Source: Dimorphilus gyrociliatus (Eukaryota > Animalia > Annelida). From it: DNA of 64,000 nt. The DNA lies in assembly GCA_904063045.1 (NCBI GenBank), contig CAJFCJ010000014.1, positions 682,001 through 746,000 of the forward strand, in the 5' to 3' direction. This document shows, in pieces, positions 43,396 through 54,281 of the stretch (positions within the stretch are counted from its first letter, which is position 1; each line of letters opens with the position of its first letter). The notes below the pieces were generated by a model. That model made no database searches, was not told the origin of the DNA, and saw only the letters and a list, made by a program, of their open reading frames with translations. Both the position numbers and the translations under genes were made by a program.

Positions 43396-45361
43396 TTACA
43401 TTTTTGTATCTTGTTCCTGCTCTATACACTTAAATTCGCTTGTTCCTTTAAATGCAATAGCTTCTTCACCCGCTTGTTGCCTTTCCAGTTTCAAATGTTC
43501 CTTTTGTTCCTAAAAAGTTACAATGTAAAATTAAATAAAAAAAACTCTCTATAAAAAGTAATCTTTTTTTGTCTGTTTTTTTTCTATCAATGCAATATTT
43601 TTGTTTAACACGTATATTCTTACCCGTTTATTTTTCCAGATTATTAATCCCCAAACACACCAGTAAACTAAAAATCCAAAACCTTTGACAACTCCTCCCA
43701 AACCAATATAATTTTTTCGAAAATGCAAATTATCGTAAAAAAGGCACTTTCCCCATGAACCACAGGCTCCCCTCCACTTTAAACAAGACCTGTCAATTAG
43801 GCCGGCAAATGCTAGCGGAGAAGGTACATTTCCTAACAAACGCAAAAATATCAATTGAACGCCTAATGCGAGTGAACGTTCAGCATCTTTAACACTTCTG
43901 TTGGATAGAATAGAAAACATTTTTAGTAAAAGAGTAAATATAACTCGGTTTGAAGGCAAAGAAATTCTACCTTAGAGAGATCATCAGCAATGGCATTTGA
44001 GTGATACCGACCAGTAAAGTCAAACCAAACAGCATGATCACATATACAGGAAAACTGCTGCATTGTCTTTTACAGGGACTATCCTGGACCAATGCTGTTA
44101 AATTACTTAATTGATGTCCTTTATGATTAAGATCCTTTATAACACATTCACAATCGGTGTAGTTGAATTTACATCCAGCATGACACGGTGAAAAATACGT
44201 TAAACCATTTGCTCCACAGACAAAATTAAGATGATTATCGGAGCACCTACAATGATCATTGCAAGAAGCAGTCAAGTTTGGTAAATTTTGCGTGAAATCA
44301 GACGAGTTGCTTTGAAAATATCGAGATGTTATGCCAGCTAAATTCGGATTATCGCAGCCTAACGTAAAAAGAACAAGAAAGCCCATTAAGATAACGATAT
44401 TGACAGCTAGAGTGAGTTGGATGGCGCCTTTTGCTTGCAATTGAAACCTCCGGAGAATGTACCCTCCTATTAGAATACCAAACATACACCCGGGAACAGG
44501 TATTAACCCAGTTAAGAGATTTGCTTGCGATTGACTCAAAAGAAATTGGTTTTCCATGTATTTAGGTGTGAATTGAATAAATCCTATAACGACAAAAATT
44601 TCCGTTGTTATTCCTATAGTTGTCACCATGAAAAGAGCATTTTTCACAATAGATAAAACAGCTCTCGGAAGCTGTCTTAAGCTAGTTCCGTACGATGCTC
44701 CATCATTATCTTCATCTTTTCCTCCAGTGCTCTCGTTAAGAGGCTCTTCAAGTTCTCCTTTACCTTTCTCTTCACTTTCTGTATCTATCTCTCGCCGGCT
44801 TAGCATTTTTGGGAAACTATACATAGGTATAGTTAGGCAAATAAGGAGACCTCCTAAAATCAAATAACCTCCCCACCAAGCTCCAACCCACTGGGAGTCC
44901 GTTGAATGCATATTCAACTGTTTAGTGTCAGCTGATAGAAAGTCAACATGGAATGTTAACACTAAAGAGCCAACTGCAAAGCCGATTACTGGACCGACAC
45001 TTCCAAATGCGTACAGGAAACTTATGAAACTAGGAGCCCTATCTTTTGACACATGATTGTCTATGTATAATGGACCAAGTGTAAGAATAGGAGTTGATCC
45101 AATACCCATCATCATTTGGGCACAACAAAGAACTGCGATGGCAAATATGCTACTATCGAATTTATCGCACCTCCCTTTGTCGATTACGTCACTTAGAACC
45201 TGGTAAGAGAAAATAATTTTTTAGATATTGTACAATGTTATATTAATGTTTATGAAATTTGTTAAACAGATGAGAGATGTGAGAGAAAACTCAAAAAAGC
45301 ATATGTTTTAATGCACCAGTTCAACACCGAAAAAATTAAACATACTGTTAAGTTGTTGTTA

Positions 45362-45395
<34 letters not shown>

Positions 45396-46044
45396 TGGTT
45401 GATAGTAGATATTTATAATCTTATATATGTTATGTTTGTTATTTTATATTTTACCTCTGATTCTCCCTGTTTACAATACATAAAGTTTTATATATAAATG
45501 TTCTGTATTCATACAATTTATTTAATAATTTATTATTAATAAGTATAAAACAAACCTTTTTAATCGGATTACAAAAATTCTCTTCTGTAACGTTGTCCAA
45601 ACTGTATCTTAAGGAATAAGGTTTAACAAACAAATGTGGAGTTACCATAACAAATGAACCACAAGCCATTATAAGTACTCCAGATGCGATCCAGAATGGT
45701 ATATGACGCTTTGCACCTAAGAAACTAACTATACTCAAGAATCCTACTGCTGCAGTTTCGTAAGCGGCCGTTAATAGAGATGCCTTAGAAGATGAGACAT
45801 CAAAACGCGTCTCAATTGTTGTCAAAACGGCCGAATTGTAGCCGGCTGTGAGAGCCGATGAGAACATTGCCAACATACTTGTACAAGCTATAAAAATTTT
45901 TATAGATGCACACTTTTGCAAACACTGGGGTCTATATTTGCCCCATCCCATTTCTGCCTTAGCGACAGCCATGGTTTCGTCTATTTTTCTGGAGTCATTT
46001 CCATCCGTTTCCGGTTTTATAGCATCGTTTTCGACGCTTTCCAT
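43396..46044 (-). CDS. Organic anion transporting polypeptide (OATP/SLCO), SLCO3/5-like
   Basis: Exons 46044-45556, 45199-43971, 43897-43624, 43509-43396. LTTIETRF, GIGSTPILTLGPLYIDNHV, WVGAWWGGY, FTPKYMENQF, Kazal-like CNDHCRCS..VCGANGLTYFSPCHAGC, LIDRSCLKW...CGSWGKCLFYD. Confidence 0.95.
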
Positions 46045-46381
46045 CCTATATATTTTTTGATTTTCTTTTTAAAACTCACGCTTGTTTTTGCATCTTGTCG
46101 TTGCACTGAAACTTTTTTTAGAGAAAATAAACGCAAACAGAAAAATTTAGGAGGATATTGGATCGATATAGACAAAAAGATTTCTAACCGTAAATCAACG
46201 CTAGGCCTACTTAAAAAAAACTCGAATCGATTCCCTATAAAAGAACGCCAACTGCATTTGACAGAAATCCATAACCTCAAAATTTACGTAATTCGTATTC
46301 CCTTTTTTTTTTACTTGATTTATTTAGACGTACAAAAAAAATTTTTTTGCAAAAAATCTTTCCCTTTTAAAAGTAATTAAT

Positions 46382-47688
46382 TTATTTGATTTTCTTGGAA
46401 TCATCAACCTTAAATGTTAATATGCCATTGGGAAAATATACAAGAAAAATTACGCCGTGAAATAGGATATTGGACCAAACGACTATATATTCAGCAGCCG
46501 CGAAATATGTGTAAACTGAAAAATAAAGGAAGAAAATTGTTTTAAATCATTTGCTTTTGGGGGAAAAAATTAATTCTTTAAAAAATTCCTACTTCCTGGT
46601 TCGCAATAGGCATTATGCCTAAAGAAAAAGTAGAGAGAAACCAAAAAGGACGTTAAGTTGAATAAGAATAAACCGGTTATTTGTAGGAAATTTTTCTTTT
46701 CCTGAAAGAAATAAGTCGTCTAGAAATTTCTTTTTTTTTCTTTATATCATGAGTCCGAGAACACCAAGACGCTAAGCGTCAAGCGCATCATCAATTTTTT
46801 ACGCCAAAGACAGAAAAAGGGGGTATCAAACGTCTTTAGCTTTGTATACACTCGATCGCTTCCGATTAATTCGGTCGAATGCCATTTCGAAAAAGTGAAA
46901 ACAAATAGAGTTGCATATAAAGACTTAGAAATTATTAAAATGGCATTAAAAAAGGCTTAGATTTCGTAAACGCATATTCTTCAAAAACTACTAAAGAACT
47001 CACTTTCTCTTTCCAACCCTCTGAATTGGAGGAAGTCACGTAGCACAAGACGCATGCAAATAACATATAGAACAAGGAACACACCATGAATCCAATAAAA
47101 CTAAACTCGTGAACCCCTGCGTAAGATAACAAAGGTTTTTCTAGTAATGTTAAAAATAAATAACATTTTATCACCAGCATTCTCCGTGGACGAGATCATC
47201 GACAAAGTCATGAGAAAGATATTCTCTAGGGCATGCAAAATCGGCGACAACGTCGCCAAAATTCTATATGGAGCGCTTTCGGAAAATAGGTTTTTTGAGC
47301 TGCAGGAAATCGACATTTTGCCTTTAATTGGTAGTTTTAATTAAAGAGAATTCTAAACGAACCGATAGAATTCATAGTACATCACGCATATACTCAGTCT
47401 TTGCATGGAATGAAAACCTATACAAATCCTCCAAATATATTTTTGCGGAGCGAATCCACCAATTGCCGAACTAATACTTGGAAGGTAATTTGGTACCTGT
47501 GCATATCGTAATAGGTAATTTTATTTTTTCAGCTTAACAAACCAGATCCTTACTCGGCAATGTGTTGCTGTAGACGCTTCAAAATCTTTCAATAGGCTTA
47601 AACCTATACAAATGATGCTCCCAAGTAATGGTAGAGAACAATTAATGAGAGCTATCGCTTTTGCGCTTTGATGAAAGTAGATCGCCAT
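46382..47688 (-). CDS. PGAP2: Post-GPI attachment to proteins factor 2 (Frag1/DRAM family)
   Basis: Six exons (47688-47554, 47496-47363, 47299-47175, 47116-47004, 46701-46593, 46515-46382) splice in frame: STATHCR|VPNYLPSISSAIGG..PQKYIWRICIGFH, LENIFLMTLSMISSTEN.GVHEFSFIGF, YFFFRHNAYCEPG|IYTYFAAAEYIVVWSNILFH; ends KKIK*. Confidence 0.93.
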
Positions 47689-50484
47689 GCTTAATTTAAT
47701 TTCTTTTCGGATAAATGGTTGATTGATAAACAAAGAAAAAATATAATAAAAATAGGAACAAAATTAAAAAAATCTGAATAAGACCATTGCTATTGAAATA
47801 GAATTGGCAACAGGTGATTATTTATTCCACTTTTGTACAGAGAATGATACTAATCATTTCCTAAAACGACAGTTTTGTCGACGATAACACGGGAAGCATC
47901 GACCAATTACTTCAAACTTTGTCTTGACATTTCTAATAATTACTTTGGTAAAATGTCACAATCGAATCATTTGCATATATTTTTTACATTTTAGAAGATG
48001 TCAAAAGCAGGTGCGTTCTATCAATTAAAACGATTTTAATTGATTTACCATATTATTTTGTAATAGTTGTAGTACAAAAGATAGACCTAGCGCTTTTGAT
48101 ATGGGATAATTTAATTTAGGATAGCAATGAACAGACTTACTTTACTTTCTTCGTTTGAGGCAGAAGTGTCTTTCCTTTCTAACAACCTATTTAGATGAAA
48201 AAAAAGAAATAAATAAAAATAAAGTTCGCTTAAATAAGACTCAGACTATCTTTGACAAGTTAGTCAACAGGGAAATCGATCTAACGAGATTGTGCGGCTA
48301 TCGAAAAATTTTGGGCATCATCAATCATATTTTATAGAAAACATTCTTTCCATTATTCCTTTTATGTGCCAGATGCTGGCGATTCTTGCGTTAGCCAATA
48401 ATATCTAACACTTTTAATATCACGGTAACGAATTATTTACGTGCTATATAATACAAAATAGAACGTAAAAACAATGAAACGTAACACCAAATTAATAATG
48501 GGTCTGCGTTTGTTACTTAGGTTTGTCAAGTGTCGCATTTGCAGGCTAGGACAATGCTTTTCGCTCTTTGAATTATATTTCGTTTGTGCATTTGTTCTTA
48601 ACCAATTTCAATTTTGTCTTCTTTTCAGTCTGTTATTGTTTCGATGAAGAAAGAAATAAAGAGAGTGGTTGAGAAATATTGTAGGAGGGAGGGAGGGGGG
48701 GGAGAAGTTTATTTTGAGTACATGTCAGTATAATGTTGTTATAAAGAACTGGTCTTAGGCGTAAACCAGAATTTTATTTATTAATTTTATTGCTTTGAGA
48801 AAACTATTCCTTTTTTTCTTCGCTCTAGTCAGCTTTCAAGCCCCTCTTAGTTTTTACAGCTTCATCCTGGCTTTTTATTAGATACTATTTGTTTAGACAG
48901 TCGTTAAAGACATAGTTTATGGCAATATTATTCCGAATGCTCTGAATTATTCAGTCAACGTAATGGCTTACTTATAAACAGGTGAAATAACATATTTCTT
49001 CTCTACCGATATCTATTTGTCGCTTTTAAAGTTGGATATTTACAGTTCAGGACTCCCAGCCAAATGACAAAAAATTATACAAAGTTATTTAATCTTCCCG
49101 TTGGCATATTTACACACTCTTAGATAAGAAATTGGCATTTCCATTAGAATGTTAAGCACAAATTGACATCAAAATCTCTACAGTCTTTCAATTTGATTCT
49201 CAATGAAACTCGTGAAGCAAACCGAAATAAACCATCAATTACCATAGAAACACTAAATTTACATAAATCCATTTCGATGGATTACCAACCTAATCCAACC
49301 CTACGTATTAGTTGCACATTCGTACAAGAACATAAAAGTTTTACTCGTCTCCGCGAAAGTAAGGCATTGGGGTTAACGCTCTATAAATCAGTGTTTAATA
49401 TAAACACATGATCTGGCGGTAGAAAATGTGTACATCCCAGGAGCGTGGCTCGCTGAATCATAAAAAATAAACAGGAATCGCCAAAACGTCGACGAAAACT
49501 AAAATACCGCTATTTAACCATTCTATAGAATGGCTAAAAAGGCAAAAGCGTAAGTGATAGGAAAAAAACAGTTCTTACAAACCTCTCTTTGACTTTTCTA
49601 CGAAAACTACAAAATGAATAGACCCGCACTGAATATAGAGCGTACATTATATTTTTTTTATATTAAATATATTTTTTAAAATACCACCTTAAAATCATAG
49701 ATATTTTTAAATTTAATATAAACAATAAATAATATTTTTTTTAGCACTCTGCATATTATAATTAAATACATGAAGTAAATACATGATCCATTACTTCCTA
49801 GCGGCTGAATTAGAGTCTTAAATGCTTAAAATCTCTGAAAGAATACACTTATTTCAATGTTCCTTTGCAAAATTAATTAGGAATATGAAGAATACATTTT
49901 TTTTTAGTTTTTCATGAGTTTCTATAAAACTATCAAACTTTTTTAATGTTTCATGAAACATTTAATCTATAAAGTTCTTTTACCGAAACTGAAGACAACT
50001 CAGGTAGACTTAGACAACAATAACAAGACAACTTTTAAAACTCTTTAAAAGCAGAGTATAATTTATATTTTTCTATCAGCCGTATCGTGTTAAAATTCAC
50101 CTATATAGACGCAGTTAAATTGACTATTAGAAGATACTTAACTTAAAATAGAGATTTAATGCTATTAGGATTTTTAAAAAGGATTTATGCAGTTTAGTAA
50201 TATTAGTTTTTGCTTATAATTATAGGCTTAACTATTGATAATAAAAGAAAGTTTTCACTCTCGTTTTATGCAATTTATAAAAGTAAACTTTTCCTATTTT
50301 TTTTATTAAAAAAAACGCAAAAAATATTGAAAACAGCTCAGTTGGATGACTCAAAGTCTGATTGTTGGTGAATTTTTTTATAAGTATTAACTTCATTAGC
50401 AGACTATACGTCATATACATTTTTTCTTTGAGACTAAGAAAGAGTTTTTAACATAAGTCTATGTAAAGCTTTCTTTGTCAGGAG

Positions 50485-51473
50485 ATGGATAATGATGATA
50501 GAATACAGCGTATAAGAGAAGCGCCTATATTGATTACGATATCCATCGATAAACGCCAAAAAAAATTTGCGAAAGATAGTGGAGAAGCTTCGAACAGGAC
50601 TTTTTCGCAGTCAAGAAGGAATTCTTTTAAAAATGCTCTTCCTACTTATCCTAAACCTGTGGATGCAACTGCTTCATTCGAAAGAACACTGTATAGAAAA
50701 GTATCTTTGGTAACGGAAGTAGAATATAATCTGTCCAATCACAACGGTAATGCACAATTAAAACGGGATATTGGAGAGAACTTCCCTTGTTCCTTTTTTG
50801 GCTTTCTCGATCTACAATTTTTGAATAGATTCCGTAGTCCTATAGCAGTTCTGACATGCTTGTGCATAGCCAGTGGATTACAAGGATTCATAGTTAATGG
50901 ATTAATTCCGGTTGTTTTAAGCAGTCTAGAGGTTAGGTTCGGACTGTCGAGTACTGATAGCGGAATTATACCTGCAACGTATGATACGGCTGTTGTCGTT
51001 TTTCTTATACCTATATCGTATTTTGGAGGAGTTGGTCACAAACCACGTTGGTTAGGTCTGGGAGTTTTAATAATGGGCCTTGGGGCTTTTTTATTTAGCT
51101 TTCCACATTTTATAACATCGGAATACGTCGATACGGATAATAGTGGAACATCTCCTTTCTCTTGCAATTTAAATAGCACGAATCTAAACGATGATTGTTC
51201 AAAGCCCTTCACTTCACTTAATAATTTTAAATATTTATTCTATTTTGCTAATTTTCTTCACGGCGTCGGTGCAGCTCCTCTGTTTACACTTGGCGTCACT
51301 TATCTAGATGAAAATTTGACGGTTGAGAAAAGCTCTATGTATATGGGTATTTTTTATTCCACTTCTCTCTTAGGCCCCGCTATTGGGTATCTATTGGGTG
51401 GCCATTTCCTGTCATATCACACAGATATCAATAGAGGCATTAATATCTCGAATGACATAAATGATCCTAGGTA

Positions 51474-51506
<33 letters not shown>

Positions 51507-52926
51507 GTACTGTAGAGATAAAATTCCAAGCTATTAATTACAATTTACACAGTAAACCATTAATAAACTTGCAATGCATTATATTTTATTTAGATGGGTC
51601 GGAGCCTGGTGGATTGGTTTTATCATTGCAGGAATAATATGCATAATCATTTCCTTGCCAATAATTTGTTTCCCAAAAGTCCTTCCTGGTAAATTAATAA
51701 TTTTATTGAATTAGTAAGATTTCTAATATATATTTACATATATATGTATATACTTTTTAAAATTAGGAGCGGTAAAAATTCAACAAAAGAGATTAGATGA
51801 AACAACTGCAGGAGCTAAGTGTTCAGTTGTTGTTTGTTCGTCGGATTCAACAAGAGATTTTTTAAAAAATGTTCCAAAATTAATAAAGGATTTATTATGT
51901 AATGGACCATTCGTTTTGCTATGCCTTGCTGGAGCTGCAGATGGTTTCGTTCTTAGTGGTTGCGGAGCATTCCTACCAAAGTTTATGGAAAACCAATTTG
52001 CTCTTACGGCAAGTTGGTCTGCAATGTTGGCGGGATTCATTTTTGTTCCTTGTGGAGGAGGAGGAACTTTTACAGGTGGTTTCATCGTCAGATTTTTTGA
52101 GTTGAAATGTAAATCTATCTTGAAAATATGCCTAATCTTCTCCGGGTTAGCAACATTAACTTATTTTGGAATATTGGTTGATTGCGACCAAGAACATGTT
52201 GCTGGTATCAATTATCCATATGCTAATCACACGTCCATGAAACAGCTAACAGTCGATTGCAACCGCAATTGTTTCTGTTCTGACAGTCATTTAGATATGG
52301 TTTGCGACCCACTAGAACAACTAAACTTTGTCTCCCCTTGTTACGCTGGTTGTTCTAAGGTCAAGGACGAGAACACTTGGATAAATTGCTCATGTGTACC
52401 ATCTGGTGCAGTGAAGAAAGGAAGATGCCAAAATACTTGCTATTTCCTTAAAATTTTCCTACCAATTATAGCGTGCCTACTCTTTCTTACTTTTATAACA
52501 TCGATACCAGCCTTATCGGGGACTCTGAGATGCGTTGTAGAAGAAACAAAAAGTTTTGCTTTGGGCATTCAATGGATGATAGTTCGTTGTCTCGGTACAA
52601 TACCAGCACCAATAATTCTTGGTAACGTTTTTGATTCGAAATGTCAATACTGGAAAAAGGATTGCGGACTTAAGAAAAATTGCTTTATCTATCAAAATTG
52701 GGGCATGGCTCGAGATTTGACTATTATTACCCTCTCGACAAAATTTCTAACAACATTGTTCTTTTTTGGAGCTTTCTTGCTCTATCGTACTGACCAGAGC
52801 AAAAGGGGAATAGATGATCCGCCCAGCGTCAACGATGAGGATAAAAGCGATAGTGTTATGCGAAGGATTACTCCAGTGGAATCACTAGACGAATCTAAAC
52901 CCATGCTTAGAGAAACCGCCTTGTAA
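50485..52926 (+). CDS. Organic anion transporting polypeptide, SLCO4A1/4C1-like
   Basis: Exons 50485-51470, 51594-51688, 51767-52926. LQGFIVNG, SLEVRFGL, HKPRWLGLGVLIMG, FTLGVTYLDEN, GPAIGYLLGG, R|WVGAWWIGF, FLPKFMENQF, FVSPCYAGC, LGIQWMIVRCLGTIPAPIILG. Confidence 0.95.
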
Positions 52927-53079
52927 TATGAATAACATTCTTTTCTTTTTTTTACAGTAGCATTTTGTTCTTAACATTAAGTTCTAATCAGTTCACTTGA
53001 AAAAAGTTATATATGGAATTTTTTTTAGATTTATATTTAAAGAAATATTTTTATTTTATACACATTTAAAAAAATTACT

Positions 53080-53280
53080 TTAAAGCCTATATGAATCGTT
53101 CGGAGGTGCTGATCTAGAATTTTCCAATTTCTTTACTTTTTCACTTATCATGTCTCGGGCTTCTTCTGATTTGGGTGTTCTAAATGGTAGGGTTGATAGG
53201 AACACTGCTGAAAATATAGTTAGTAAACTAACGACTTTATTTTGCCCAGCCCATAGGGAAACAGTTCGAAATATTTGCAT
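53080..53280 (-). CDS. 66-aa single-TM microprotein resembling MKKS upstream ORF2 (uMKKS2)
   Basis: MQIFRTVSLWAGQNKVVSLLTIFSAVFLSTLPFRTPKSEEARDMISEKVKKLENSRSAPPNDSYRL*. The pattern W-x3-N-x8-F-x2-V-x-L-x-T is shared with human uMKKS2 as I recall it. AATAAA at 53055-53050 follows the stop. Confidence 0.6.
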   Translation of the reverse strand: MQIFRTVSLWAGQNKVVSLLTIFSAVFLSTLPFRTPKSEEARDMISEKVKKLENSRSAPPNDSYRL

Positions 53281-53295
53281 GACTTGAATGTTCTT

Positions 53296-53472
53296 TTATT
53301 CTTTATCAGCTTTTGGAGGGTCAATCAAAACTCCGGCTAATTTTATATGTTTCCTTTCGTGTTCTGGTACAAAGTCGTCGTTAAACTGAAGACGATACCA
53401 AACGTAATGAATAATGCCAATTGATGGAATAGTAGCAAGTAAAACTTGGTATTTTCTTAAAAAATTCAACAT
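53296..53472 (-). CDS. 58-aa single-TM microprotein resembling MKKS upstream ORF1 (uMKKS1); below the ORF-track cutoff
   Basis: MLNFLRKYQVLLATIPSIGIIHYVWYRLQFNDDFVPEHERKHIKLAGVLIDPPKADKE*. 12 of 27 ungapped positions are identical to the recalled human uMKKS1 segment NLWRDYKVLVVMVPLVGLIHLGWYRIK. Confidence 0.75.
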   Translation of the reverse strand: MLNFLRKYQVLLATIPSIGIIHYVWYRLQFNDDFVPEHERKHIKLAGVLIDPPKADKE

Positions 53473-54281
53473 TTGCCTAAAGCTACCATGAAGTTGATGT
53501 CAAGGTTATAGCCTGGTTCCGAACCCCGTACTTGAGCGTGGAACATCGTTCCGTCTTCAAAGGTGAATTACATAAAAGACATTCCTCTTTTCTCAAAGGT
53601 TTAATCCGTACTAATGATGTGATATTTAATTAATTATCCGAGAGAGTGCATATACTCGTATTGCACTTACAGCAGGTTCAAAAAGAAATTAACAGTAGAT
53701 CTTGTTTGTTCTGTTGATTTGTAGAAATTTAAACTTTAATCCACATTTATTGAATGTAAATGTTGCACAAAATGAGTCAAATTCGTTAAAACTCCTTAAA
53801 AAAGTATGATATTCTGTCAGTAAAAGCTTTTTGAAGTTGAAAATTCCAGCAGGATTTGCAGAATATTTTTGTATACAGAAAAATTATTTCCAGAGTAAAT
53901 AAAAAGTATATACATATATCTATATTGACCTTTGTTTGTCCAATATACAGTCATCCATTTAGTCAAAGAAATCTGACGATGGAAAGAAACAATGTATATT
54001 CTTAAAGTTTAGCTACCAATTGCACTTAGACACATCAAAAAGGATAAAGCATCTGAAGATATGAAAGAGAAAAGATGCAAAAGGAAAAAGTATCCTTTTC
54101 AATTATATTTTTATGAAAACGAAACGTAAAGGACTTGAAGAAATCTTGTAAGTGTTTCGTTAATGCTAAAAGCTACAACATAAATTATCAATAAATAAAC
54201 TAGCTTTGTATTTTATAGAACTATTTTAATAATTTTGCAGTTGATCTAATGCTGTAGTTTAATTGCAATAATTTGGAAGTT

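Noticed and set aside
53080-53472. Identity with the Drosophila sloth1/sloth2 (SMIM4/BRAWNIN) bicistronic pair
   Set aside because: Neither ORF has the SMIM4 (RFLPLFF..GA.LE) or BRAWNIN (MPAGV) motifs; the uMKKS pattern fits better.
53515-53527. GGGGTTCGGAACC resembling a tRNA T-arm or UUCG hairpin
   Set aside because: No acceptor, D or anticodon stems in the flanks.
54090-54099. GTATCCTTTT, a U12-type 5' splice consensus on +
   Set aside because: No TCCTTAAC branch point or exon context downstream.
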